Positions 1 to 8,917 of a DNA stretch of 36,055 nucleotides are shown one piece after another. The stretch comes from an uncultured bacterium (GTDB lineage: Bacteria > Lernaellota > Lernaellaia > Lernaellales > Lernaellaceae), in contig CAZHPN010000046.1 in NCBI GenBank assembly GCA_964534375.1, positions 1 through 36,055 of the forward strand, read 5' to 3'. Both the position numbers and the translations under genes were made by a program. A model generated the notes under the pieces. The model made no database searches. It saw only the letters and a program-made list of their open reading frames with translations, and had not been told where the DNA came from. Numbering within the stretch: position 1 is the first letter of the stretch; every line of letters starts with the position of its first letter.

Positions 1-54
1 CAACGACGACAACGACGACAACGACGACAACGACGACAACGACGACAACGACGA
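1..54 (+). repeat. Coding 9-bp tandem repeat (CAACGACGA)x6 encoding (NDD)n, truncated by the window edge
   Basis: Six exact copies read directly from the sequence. Confidence 0.95.
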
Positions 55-712
55 TTCGGCTTTCACTTGCGGAAGCGACACGCAACTTGCGGCGAACGCT
101 CCCGACCCGGCGTCTGACGCCGGCTCGATCATTTCGGAATCGTTCGCAACGGACGGCAGCGGCCTGACCGCGTATACGGCCCAGAGCTTTGTCGTTCCGA
201 CCGGTGCGTCCTGGACCATCGACACCGTGTACATTCCGGGCGACGGCTGGACGTGGAGCGCGACGACCCCTCCGGGCGTGTTCTCGTCGTTGGCCAACGT
301 GACTTCGCTCGATTGCTACATCTACACGGATGCATCCGGCGCGCCGAGCGGCGTGCCGGGCGGCGCGGGCACACCGACCTGGACTCAGTCGAGTGCTCCG
401 GATTCGGCGAACATCACGCTTTATATGACTCATGACCCGATTAACGGCAGCAACTGGCTGTCGAGCTTCGCGATGACGGTCACCAGTCCGCCGACCCTCA
501 CGGCCGGCACGTACTGGCTCGAGTGCAACGCGGCGTCGGCGACGTACGCCGCTGGCCCGTGGGGCCCGTTCTTGTCGACCACCGCGGTGGGTTCGGCATC
601 GTTGATCAACCCGCCGGGCGGCTTTGGCGACGGGACGTCATGGATCCCGCTCAGCGAACTCGGCACCGTGGACGCTACGACCGCCTACACCCTGTGCGGC
701 AGCAGCAGCTAG
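1..712 (+). CDS. 5'-truncated secreted/surface protein: Asn-Asp-Asp repeat linker followed by a Ser/Thr/Gly-rich, probably beta-rich domain
   Basis: The frame is open from base 2 (NDDNDD...DSAFTCGSDTQLAANAPD...) and continues into the 227..712 ORF; TAG at 710-712 is followed by a terminator. No family recognised. Confidence 0.7.
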   Translation, partial: NDDNDDNDDNDDNDDNDDSAFTCGSDTQLAANAPDPASDAGSIISESFATDGSGLTAYTAQSFVVPTGASWTIDTVYIPGDGWTWSATTPPGVFSSLANVTSLDCYIYTDASGAPSGVPGGAGTPTWTQSSAPDSANITLYMTHDPINGSNWLSSFAMTVTSPPTLTAGTYWLECNAASATYAAGPWGPFLSTTAVGSASLINPPGGFGDGTSWIPLSELGTVDATTAYTLCGSSS

Positions 713-733
713 TCATTCGTTCGAGTACGCAGG

Positions 734-766
734 AAAAAGGGCGCGGTTCGCCGCGCCCTTTTTTTT
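734..766 (+). terminator. Rho-independent terminator, possibly bidirectional
   Basis: AAAAA-GGGCGCGG-TTCG-CCGCGCCC-TTTTTTTT: perfect 8-bp GC stem, 4-nt loop, T8 tail and upstream A-tract. Confidence 0.9.
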
Positions 767-999
767 CGTTGCGTCCGGCCGGGCGCTTTTATTGGCCCGA
801 CGAACCGATCTGCCGAATGCGGAATCGTAGGGACGGCAGCGTGGGAATACGGTGGAGGAAACCACTTCTCCTACCCGGCTTAACGCGCTCGCGCGTCCGC
901 CGGCCGCTTGACCATTCGGCTGCCGAGCTTATGTTATTTTCGCGTGCATTTCTATCTGCTGCCGGCGCGGCTCGTCGCCGCCGTCGCGAAGAAGGCCGG

Positions 1000-3738
1000 A
1001 TGAGCCAGGATCTATCCCTCGGATATTCCTTCGACAAGTTGGACCGCGATCTCGACTACCTGATGCGCTGTTTTCGGGAAACGCTGGCCGAATTGCACGA
1101 GGAGGCATTGTCGCGCGCGCTGCCGTGGATCGGCGAGCAATCCGCGGCGCCCGACTTGGGCGCGGAGGCCGGTCTGCAGGCGTTTTCGCTTTCGTTCCAA
1201 TTGCTCAACATGGTCGAGGAAAACGCGTCGGCGCAGGCCCGGCGGCAGGTCGAGCGCCGGGGCGACTCCGCCGCCGAACCCGGCCTGTGGGGGCAGCGGC
1301 TCGGCGAACTGCGCGAGCGCGGATACGCGCTGGCGCTAATCGCCGCCGCGCTGCCGGCGATTTGGGTCGAGCCCGTGTTGACCGCCCACCCGACCGAGGC
1401 CAAGCGCACCTCGATTCTCGAACAGCACCGCCAATTGTACCTGCTGCTGTTCAAGCGCGAGAACCAAATCTGGACGCCGGGCGAACAGGACGCGATTCGC
1501 GAACAGATCAAGGCCGCGCTCGAAAAAATCTGGCGCACCGGCGAAATCCGGCCGGAAAAGCCCGATGTCGCGTCCGAGCGGCGCGGCGTGCTGTATTTTT
1601 TGCGCGACGTTTTCCCCGAGGTGCTGCCGCGGCTCGACGGCCGGCTGCAACAGGCCTGGCGCGACGCCGGCGGCGACCCGACAGCGCTGGCCGGTCTCGG
1701 CAAAATGCCGCGGCTCACCTTCGGCGTCTGGGTCGGCGGCGACCGCGACGGCCACCGGCAGGTGACGGCGAAGGTCACCGAAGAAACGTTGGTCGCGTTC
1801 CGGCAGGCGGCGCTGACGGTGCACGACCGGAACCTGCTCGTTCTGGCGCAACGGCTGAGCCTGACTTCGATGCGGCAGGAGCCGCCGCCGGCGCTGGCGA
1901 AGGCGATTCGCGAGTCCGCCGACCGCATGGGCGAGGCTGGCCGGCGCGCGGTGCAGCGCAATCCGGACCAGCCGTGGCGGCAGTTTCTCAATCTCGTACG
2001 GGCCAAACTGCCGCAGCCCGAGGCGTGCACGATCGGCCTCGACCCTTACCAATACCGCCGGCCCGCGGAGTTTCTCGCCGATCTGCGGCTGCTCTACGAA
2101 TCGCTGATCGAGATCGGCGCACCGCGGCTGGCCGAACAGGAAGCGGCGCCGGTCATGCGCGCGGCGGAGGTTTTCGGCTTTCACCTTGCCGCCCTCGACA
2201 TCCGCCAGAACAGCGCTTTTCACGACCGGGCGCTGGCCCAATTGCTCAATGCGGCGGGCCGCAGCGGCGCCGAATATCTCGCGTGGCCGGCGGACAAGCG
2301 CCTCGCCTGGCTGACGCGCGAACTCGAAATGCCGCGGCCCCTCGCGCCCGGCGCGGTTGACCTCGGGCCGGAGGCTAAAGAGACGCTCGACTGTTTCCGC
2401 CTGCTGGCCAGCCACGGCGAGGAATACGGCTACGACGGCCTAGGCTCCTTGATCGTCAGCATGACGCGATCCGCCGCGGATTTGCTGACGGTCTACCTTT
2501 TGGCGCGCGAGGCCGGACTCGTGCGGCCGACGCCAGCGGGGCCGGCGTGCCGGCTGCCGGTGACGCCCCTGTTCGAGACCGTCGAGGATCTGCAAGCCGC
2601 GCCGGCGATTCTGCGCGAGTTCCTGCGTTGCCCATTGACGAAGAACAGCCACGTTTCGCTCGATGGCCGGCCCGTGCAGCAGGTGATGCTGGGTTACAGC
2701 GACAGCGCCAAAGCGGCGGGCCTGTTGTCGGGGCAGTGGGCGCTGCACCAGGCGCAGGAGACGCTGCACGAGGTGGCGCGCGCCGAGGGCGTGGGGCTGC
2801 GCTTTTTTCACGGCCGCGGCGGGACGATCAGCCGCGGGGCGGGGCCGACGCACCGTTTTCTGGAGGCGTTGCCGCACGGTTCGCTGGGCGGAGCGTTTCG
2901 CGTCACGGAGCAGGGCGAGACGATCAGCCAGAAGTACGCCAACCTGAACACCGCCGCGTACAATCTCGAACTGCTGCTCGCCGGGGTGACGGCGACCACG
3001 CTGGCGCATGCGCAGCCGCCGCCCGACGACGGCGAATTGGCGGGCGCGGTGCAAGAGTTGGCGACGCGCAGCCAGGCGGCGTACGCGGCGCTGCTCGACG
3101 AGCCGGGGTTCATGACTTTTTTCGGCGAGGCGACGCCGATCGACGCAATCGAGGAAGCGCGCATCGGTTCGCGGCCGTCGCGCCGCACGGGCCAGCGGAC
3201 GCTCGGCGATCTGCGCGCGATTCCGTGGGTCTTCAGTTGGCACCAGGCGCGGTTTTATCTGCCGGGCTGGTGGGGCGTCGGGACGGCGCTCGAAGAATTG
3301 TCGCGGCGCGAGCCGGCGGTTTTCGCGCGCCTCGCTGAAAAATCGCGGACGTGGCCGGTCTGGCGGTATTTGCTGATCAACATCGAAACCAACTTGATGT
3401 CCGCCGACCTCGAGGTGATGCAGGAGTATGCCGCGCTGGTGAAAGACGACGAAATCCGCCGTGGCTTCATGGACAAGATCGCAGACGAATTCCGCAGCGC
3501 CGGCCGGATGCTCGAACGCGTGCTTGGCGGCGGCTTCGAAGCCCGCCGGCCGCGGCTGTGGGGCACGCTGGTGCGGCGGGCGCCGGCTTTGCGCGCGCTG
3601 CACACTACCCAGATCGCCCTGCTGACCGAGTGGCGCGGCCTCCTCGCCGCCGGCGACGCCGCGGCCGCCGCGGAGAGGCTGTCGCGCGTGCAGCTTTCGA
3701 TCAACGCGATCGCCAGCGGGCTGCGCACGACGGGATAA
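1000..3738 (+). CDS. ppc: Phosphoenolpyruvate carboxylase (bacterial type), about 912 aa
   Basis: Motifs VLTAHPTE, GGDRDG, QQVMLGYSDSAK, FHGRGGTISRG, LRAIPWVF and C-terminal GLRTTG. Start placed at ATG 1000 (MSQDLS); the upstream extension crosses a terminator. Confidence 0.96.
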   Translation: MSQDLSLGYSFDKLDRDLDYLMRCFRETLAELHEEALSRALPWIGEQSAAPDLGAEAGLQAFSLSFQLLNMVEENASAQARRQVERRGDSAAEPGLWGQRLGELRERGYALALIAAALPAIWVEPVLTAHPTEAKRTSILEQHRQLYLLLFKRENQIWTPGEQDAIREQIKAALEKIWRTGEIRPEKPDVASERRGVLYFLRDVFPEVLPRLDGRLQQAWRDAGGDPTALAGLGKMPRLTFGVWVGGDRDGHRQVTAKVTEETLVAFRQAALTVHDRNLLVLAQRLSLTSMRQEPPPALAKAIRESADRMGEAGRRAVQRNPDQPWRQFLNLVRAKLPQPEACTIGLDPYQYRRPAEFLADLRLLYESLIEIGAPRLAEQEAAPVMRAAEVFGFHLAALDIRQNSAFHDRALAQLLNAAGRSGAEYLAWPADKRLAWLTRELEMPRPLAPGAVDLGPEAKETLDCFRLLASHGEEYGYDGLGSLIVSMTRSAADLLTVYLLAREAGLVRPTPAGPACRLPVTPLFETVEDLQAAPAILREFLRCPLTKNSHVSLDGRPVQQVMLGYSDSAKAAGLLSGQWALHQAQETLHEVARAEGVGLRFFHGRGGTISRGAGPTHRFLEALPHGSLGGAFRVTEQGETISQKYANLNTAAYNLELLLAGVTATTLAHAQPPPDDGELAGAVQELATRSQAAYAALLDEPGFMTFFGEATPIDAIEEARIGSRPSRRTGQRTLGDLRAIPWVFSWHQARFYLPGWWGVGTALEELSRREPAVFARLAEKSRTWPVWRYLLINIETNLMSADLEVMQEYAALVKDDEIRRGFMDKIADEFRSAGRMLERVLGGGFEARRPRLWGTLVRRAPALRALHTTQIALLTEWRGLLAAGDAAAAAERLSRVQLSINAIASGLRTTG

Positions 3739-3896
3739 GGAAGAAGGAAAAAGTAAAAAGGAAAAAGGAAAAAGTAAGACAAAGCAGACGCGCGGTTCCC
3801 GACTTGGGCGCTGGCCGATTCGGCAAGGCGCAGGCGACGGCGCCGCCCCACGTAGTAGCTTACGCCCGGCAATTTTTCCTTTTTCCTTGTTCCTTC
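3736..3896. repeat. Heptamer array (AAAGGAA-like x6, 3736-3777) with inverted arm (TTCCTTn x3, 3876-3896)
   Basis: TAAGGAA GAAGGAA AAAGTAA AAAGGAA AAAGGAA AAAGTAA ... TTCCTTT TTCCTTG TTCCTTC; the first unit contains the ppc stop codon. Confidence 0.85.
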
Positions 3897-3960
3897 TCGC
3901 GTGCGCGAGGGTGCGAATTTCGTTGAAAATGCTTGCGCGCACGTTTAGTATCCGCTCCCG

Positions 3961-4950
3961 ATGACGCACCGTATTTCCCCGCGATGGTGGCCCTTGTTGG
4001 CGGTCGGTTCCCCGGTCTTGGCGCCGTGGCTGGCCGTGCAAACCGTCCGGTTCCAAACGGGCGTGCGCGAGGCCGCGGCGCGGAACGCCAAACGGCTGCG
4101 CAAGGCGAAGCGTCTGGATTTGCCGGAACTGCAAAATCTCGAAATGACCGTCGTTGTCGAAGAGCGGCACAGCGAGGGATTCATCGGCGACGCCGCGGTT
4201 TCCTACCTCTTGCGCAACGAAAACGGCGGGATGCTGATGGACCTCGGGTTCGGCGCGGACCGACCGGCGTTCCGCAACAACGCGGCGCGGCTCGGCATCG
4301 GCCCGGGCGATTGGGGCGCGGTGTTCGTCTCGCACCTGCATCCGGACCACATGGGCGGGCTGAAGGCAGCGCGCCGCAAGACGATCGATTTTCCGCGCTC
4401 GTTGGCGCCGAAGCCGCGAATCCCGTGTTACACGCCGGCGCCGTGCGCCGCGACGAACCTGATCGTCGACGAGGCGACGGCGGCGCGCGTCTTGCCCAAC
4501 GGCTTCGCCACGACCGGGCCGCTGGCGCGCATGCTGTGCTTCACCGGTGTCACCGAAGAGCAGGCGGTCGTGGCGCGGCTCAAGGACAAGGGTCTGGTCG
4601 TGATCCTGGGGTGCGGCCATCCGACCGTCGAACTCGTGCTGCGCATGGTGCGGCGGCTGTCGGACGCGCCGATTTACGCGGTGGCCGGCGGGTTGCACCT
4701 GCCAATCGTCGAGTCGCGCGGCGCGCGCTTCGGCATCCAATTCCAACAGATCGTCGGGACGGGCAAACCCTGGTGGCGGAAGATCGGCGACGACGATCTG
4801 GACCGCACGATCCGCGCGCTCAATGAATCCGGCGCAAAACGGCTGCTGCTTTCGGCGCACGACTCCTGCGACTACGCGCTGGAACGGATCGCCGACGCCG
4901 CGACCGCGCGAGTCGACGTGCTGACGGCTGGGGTCACGTATTGCTTGTGA
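3961..4950 (+). CDS. MBL-fold metallo-hydrolase (COG1237-like) with hydrophobic N-terminus
   Basis: SHLHPDHMGGL (HxHxDH) motif plus GCGHP, GGLHL and SAHD. Confidence 0.85.
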   Translation: MTHRISPRWWPLLAVGSPVLAPWLAVQTVRFQTGVREAAARNAKRLRKAKRLDLPELQNLEMTVVVEERHSEGFIGDAAVSYLLRNENGGMLMDLGFGADRPAFRNNAARLGIGPGDWGAVFVSHLHPDHMGGLKAARRKTIDFPRSLAPKPRIPCYTPAPCAATNLIVDEATAARVLPNGFATTGPLARMLCFTGVTEEQAVVARLKDKGLVVILGCGHPTVELVLRMVRRLSDAPIYAVAGGLHLPIVESRGARFGIQFQQIVGTGKPWWRKIGDDDLDRTIRALNESGAKRLLLSAHDSCDYALERIADAATARVDVLTAGVTYCL

Positions 4951-5008
4951 TTCTCCGCGCGGCGCGTGGAACCCGACGCCGGCCATGGATGAACGGGAAG
5001 AGCAGGCC

Positions 5009-5090
5009 TCACGCGGAGACGCGGAGTTCGCGGAGAATCCGAGCAACGCAGCCGCTGGCAATCCTCCGCGCCGTCCGCGTCTCCGCGTGA
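5009..5090. repeat. 30-bp inverted repeat built from CGCGGAG units (8-9 nt period)
   Basis: TCACGCGGAGACGCGGAGTTCGCGGAGAAT (5009-5038) matches the reverse complement of 5061-5090 at 26/30 positions. Confidence 0.9.
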
Positions 5091-5222
5091 AACTCTCAAT
5101 CTTCAAATCAATCTCTGCGTGAGCCTTTCCCTGGGCTCGTGACAACCCTCGCGCGTTTCTGTAAAAAGGTCGCATAGCATTTTGTGCGAGGCGAATTCGC
5201 GACCGAGGAAAAGAGGACGGCG

Positions 5223-7394
5223 ATGGCATACCAGTTTTTCTCGATCGAGCGTCGCGCCGACGGCGTGGCGCTCGTCTGGATCGACTATCCGGGCGAAAAG
5301 ATCAACAAGGCATCGACGAAGGTGACCGCCGAGTTCGACGACGTGCTCGTCGAGTTGGCGGCCGACGCGCAGGTCAAGGCCGTCGTCGTGATCAGCAAGA
5401 AGGCCGACAACTTTATCGCCGGCGCCGACATCGAGGAATTCCGCGCGATGACCGCGGCGTCGCAGGCCTTGGATCTCTCCCGGCATTCGCAGCAGACCCT
5501 CGATCGCGTGCGGAACATCGGCAAGCCAGTGGTGGCGGCGATTCACGGACTGTGCATCGGCGGCGGCCTCGAGGTCGCGCTCGCCTGCCATTACCGCATC
5601 GCGACCGATCATCCGAAGACGCAACTCGGCGCGCCGGAGGTGAAGCTCGGCCTGATTCCGGCCGCCGCGGGCACGCAACGCCTGCCGCAATTGATCGGTT
5701 TGCAGGCCGGGCTCGACATGTTGCTGACCGGCAAGAACGTACACGCGCGGAAGGCGAAAAAAATGGGCCTCGTCGACGAGGTCGTCGCGCCGTACGGTCT
5801 CGCCGACCAGGCGGCGTCGGTCGCGCTGCGGTTGGCCGCAACCGTGGGGCCGGCGCCGCGCCGCCGGCGGCCGTTGCGCGAGCGGTTGATCGAAGGCTTC
5901 GGGCCGGCGCGGCGCCTGGCGTTTCGCAAGGCGCGCGAGATGGTGATGAAGCAAACCAAGGGCAACTATCCGGCGCCGCTGGCGATCCTCGAGTGCGTGC
6001 AAACGGGCTTCGAGCAGGGCATCCCGGCGGGCCTGGCGAAAGAATCCGAGATGTTCGGTCCGCTGATGGTCTCGCCGGAATCGCGCAGCTTGCTGGGCCT
6101 CTTCATGGCGATGAACGAACGGCGGAAGCTGCCGCTCGCTCAGGGCACGGCCAAACCCGAACGTATCGCCGTCGTCGGCGCCGGCCTGATGGGCGCGGGC
6201 GTGGCGCTGGTGTCGGTCACCCAGGCCGAGACGCCGACGATTTTGAAAGACATCTCCGCGGCGGCCGTCGCGGCGGGCGAGAAGTACGTCGCCAAAGACC
6301 TCGACAAGCGCGTCGCGAAAGGGCGCATCCGCGGCGCCGAACGCGATCGCATTTTCTCGCGCCTCGACGCCCGCGCCGACTATCACGGCTTCGAGCGCGC
6401 GAACCTCGTGATCGAGGCCGTGTTCGAAAATCTCGATCTGAAGCGTCGCGTGCTCGCCGAGGTCGAGGCGCTGGTTGGCGACGACTGCGTCTACGCGTCC
6501 AACACCTCCGCGCTGCCGATCGCCGAAATCGCCGCCGGCGCCCGCCGGCCGGAGAACGTGCTAGGCATGCACTACTTTTCGCCCGTGCCGTCGATGCCGC
6601 TGCTGGAAATCATCGTCGCGCCGCAGACGGCGGAACGCGCGGCGAAAGTCGCCGCCGCGGCCGGCGTGGCGCAGGGCCGCACGATCATCGTCGTCAAAGA
6701 CGGCCCGGGTTTTTACACGACGCGCATCCTCGTGCCGTACCTCAACGAGCTGGGCCTGCTGCTCGAAGACGGCGCGACGATCGAGGAGATCGACGCCGCG
6801 TTGACCGCGTTCGGGTTCCCGATCGGGCCGGCGTTGCTTCTGGACGAAGTGGGCCTCGACGTCGGCGCGCACGTGGGCGAGTTCCTCGGCCGCACGATTT
6901 TTGCCGATCGCGGCGTGCGCCAGGCGACAGGCATCGCGAAGATGTTCGCCGCGGGTTTTCTCGGCCGCAAGAACAAACGCGGTTTCTACCAATACGACGC
7001 GCCGTCCGGCCCGGCGTGGAAAACCAAGCTGGGGTTCCGGCCGAAAAAAAAGAAACTGTCCAACCCGGACGTTTATCAATATTTCGGCGCCGAACGCCGG
7101 CCGCCCGAACGCGAGGTCGTGCAACTGCGCGCGGCGTTGGCGATGGTCAACGAGGCGGCGCAATGCCTGCAAGACGGCGTGATCGCATCGCCGACCGACG
7201 GCGACCTCGGCGCGATCCTCGGCCTGGGCTTCCCGCCGTTCCGTGGCGGGCCGTTCCGCTTCATTGACACGTACGGCGCCGGCAAGTTGACCGCGAAGCT
7301 CGAAGAATACGCCGCCCAATTCGGCGCACAGTTCAAGCCGGCGGCGATTTTGGTCGAGCACGCGCAGCAGGAAAAGAAATTTCACGAGAAATAG
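5223..7394 (+). CDS. fadJ: Fatty acid oxidation complex alpha subunit (enoyl-CoA hydratase / 3-hydroxyacyl-CoA dehydrogenase), FadJ-like, about 723 aa
   Basis: FIAGADI, GGGLE, PEVKLG (crotonase); GAGLMG, VIEAVFE, SNTS, MHYFSP (dehydrogenase); GAGGA RBS before ATG 5223. Confidence 0.92.
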   Translation: MAYQFFSIERRADGVALVWIDYPGEKINKASTKVTAEFDDVLVELAADAQVKAVVVISKKADNFIAGADIEEFRAMTAASQALDLSRHSQQTLDRVRNIGKPVVAAIHGLCIGGGLEVALACHYRIATDHPKTQLGAPEVKLGLIPAAAGTQRLPQLIGLQAGLDMLLTGKNVHARKAKKMGLVDEVVAPYGLADQAASVALRLAATVGPAPRRRRPLRERLIEGFGPARRLAFRKAREMVMKQTKGNYPAPLAILECVQTGFEQGIPAGLAKESEMFGPLMVSPESRSLLGLFMAMNERRKLPLAQGTAKPERIAVVGAGLMGAGVALVSVTQAETPTILKDISAAAVAAGEKYVAKDLDKRVAKGRIRGAERDRIFSRLDARADYHGFERANLVIEAVFENLDLKRRVLAEVEALVGDDCVYASNTSALPIAEIAAGARRPENVLGMHYFSPVPSMPLLEIIVAPQTAERAAKVAAAAGVAQGRTIIVVKDGPGFYTTRILVPYLNELGLLLEDGATIEEIDAALTAFGFPIGPALLLDEVGLDVGAHVGEFLGRTIFADRGVRQATGIAKMFAAGFLGRKNKRGFYQYDAPSGPAWKTKLGFRPKKKKLSNPDVYQYFGAERRPPEREVVQLRAALAMVNEAAQCLQDGVIASPTDGDLGAILGLGFPPFRGGPFRFIDTYGAGKLTAKLEEYAAQFGAQFKPAAILVEHAQQEKKFHEK

Positions 7395-7460
7395 AACCGC
7401 GCCGCGCCGAACCGAGCAAACTCTCGGAACCGTGCCGGAGCACCGGCGGATGAGAAACTG

Positions 7461-8774
7461 ATGTTGGTCGGACGCCGTTTGCGGCTCGCCTTGGGCGTTG
7501 CCGCCCTGTTCGCGCTCGGCGTAATCTTCGCGTTTTCCGGCTGCGAAAAAGTTTCGCCGCGACCGCCGGCGCCGCCAGCCGCGGCGCCGGAAGGGTCGCC
7601 GCCGGCCGCGGCCGACGTCGCGGCGCCCGAGTGGTCGCCCGAGCCGCCGGCGCCGACGCCGGCGGGGTCGCCGATCGAGCACGTCGTGCAAGGCGGCGAC
7701 ACGCTCGCGACGGCGCTGGCCGGGACCGGGCTGGCGGCGGCCGAAATCGCCCGCGTGACCGCCGCGCTGGAACGCGTGCGTTTTCCGTTTCAGAAAATCA
7801 AGAAAGACCAGGAGTTCACGCTTTGGCTCGACGACGCCGGCGCGTGCGTCGGGTTCGACTACCGCTTTTCGCCGGCGCTGACGTACGAGGCGCGCGTCAA
7901 AGAGGGCGAACTCGTCGCGCAAAAAGTCGAACTGCCGACAGCCGTGCGGATCGTGAAGTTCGGCGCGCGCGTCGAAAGCAGCGTCTACGAAGCCATTTTG
8001 CAGCACGGCGAAACCGACGGACTGGCGTCGCTCGTTTCCAACCTGTTCGCGTGCGACATCGATTTTTACGCCGATCCGCGCAAGGGCGACGGCTTCAAGT
8101 TGATTTTCGAAAAGGCGTATTTGCCCGACGGCCGGGCGCGCGGTTACGGCCGCCTGCTCGCCGCGGAGTACGACGGCGCCGTCACCGGCCGTCAACGCGG
8201 TTTCTGGCTGGAGCACGATAGCGAAGACGTCCGCGGTTTCTACGACGAACGCGGCCGGATGCTGCGCAAGACGTTTCTGGCGGCGCCGCTCGACACGATG
8301 CGCGTCACCAGCGCCTTCGGCATGCGTCGCCACCCCGTGCTCGGCCGGGCGATGATGCACAACGGCGTCGACTATGGCGCCCCGGTGGGCACGCCCGTCT
8401 GGGCGGTCGCCGACGGCGTCGTACTGTCGGCGGGCGGCGCCGGCGCGGCCGGCAACCTGATCAAGATTTTTCACGGCAACGGCCTGGTGACGATGTACAT
8501 GCACTTGTCGCGGGTGATGGTGCGGCAGGGTCAGCGCGTCCGCCAGCGGCAGATGATCGGCCGCGTGGGCGCGACGGGCCGCGTCACCGGGGCGCATCTC
8601 GATTTCCGCGTGCAGAAAGACAACCATTTTCTCAATCCGCAGCGGTTGAAAATGATCGCGACGTCGCTGCGCAACGTGCCCGAAGCCGAGCGTCCGCGCT
8701 TCGACAAAATCATGGCGGAAATGCAGGCGCAGTTGGAAACGATCGAGATCGACGCGCCGGCGAAAGTCGAGTGA
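7461..8774 (+). CDS. M23 family peptidoglycan DD-metalloendopeptidase (MepM/OapA-like), probable lipoprotein
   Basis: Signal peptide ending FSGC, Pro/Ala linker, LysM-like VQGGDTL segment, HNGVDY and HLDF zinc motifs. Confidence 0.9.
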   Translation: MLVGRRLRLALGVAALFALGVIFAFSGCEKVSPRPPAPPAAAPEGSPPAAADVAAPEWSPEPPAPTPAGSPIEHVVQGGDTLATALAGTGLAAAEIARVTAALERVRFPFQKIKKDQEFTLWLDDAGACVGFDYRFSPALTYEARVKEGELVAQKVELPTAVRIVKFGARVESSVYEAILQHGETDGLASLVSNLFACDIDFYADPRKGDGFKLIFEKAYLPDGRARGYGRLLAAEYDGAVTGRQRGFWLEHDSEDVRGFYDERGRMLRKTFLAAPLDTMRVTSAFGMRRHPVLGRAMMHNGVDYGAPVGTPVWAVADGVVLSAGGAGAAGNLIKIFHGNGLVTMYMHLSRVMVRQGQRVRQRQMIGRVGATGRVTGAHLDFRVQKDNHFLNPQRLKMIATSLRNVPEAERPRFDKIMAEMQAQLETIEIDAPAKVE

Positions 8775-8791
8775 ACGGGCCCGGGGAGTAG

Positions 8792-8917
8792 TGCGGAATG
8801 CGGACTGCGGAATGCAGAATGCGGAATGTGGAACGCGGAACGCTGAGTGCAGAATGCGGAGTGCGCAGCGAACTGGCGACGCGGATTCACTCCGCATTCG
8901 CCATTTGCCATTCCGCA
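8792..8917. repeat. Heptamer array (TGCGGAA-like x11, 8792-8868) with inverted arm (TTCCGCA-like x4, 8890-8917) between convergent genes
   Basis: Units read directly; the inverted arm abuts the pgm stop codon (8918-8920). Confidence 0.92.

Noticed and set aside
523..999. 159-aa N-terminal extension of Ppc in the ORF track
   Set aside because: It overlaps the upstream CDS and crosses a strong terminator; Ppc-like sequence starts near ATG 1000.
7044..7051. A8 run in fadJ (and the similar run at the panB start) as a frameshift or phase-variation site
   Set aside because: Both ORFs are intact and the runs simply encode Lys codons.
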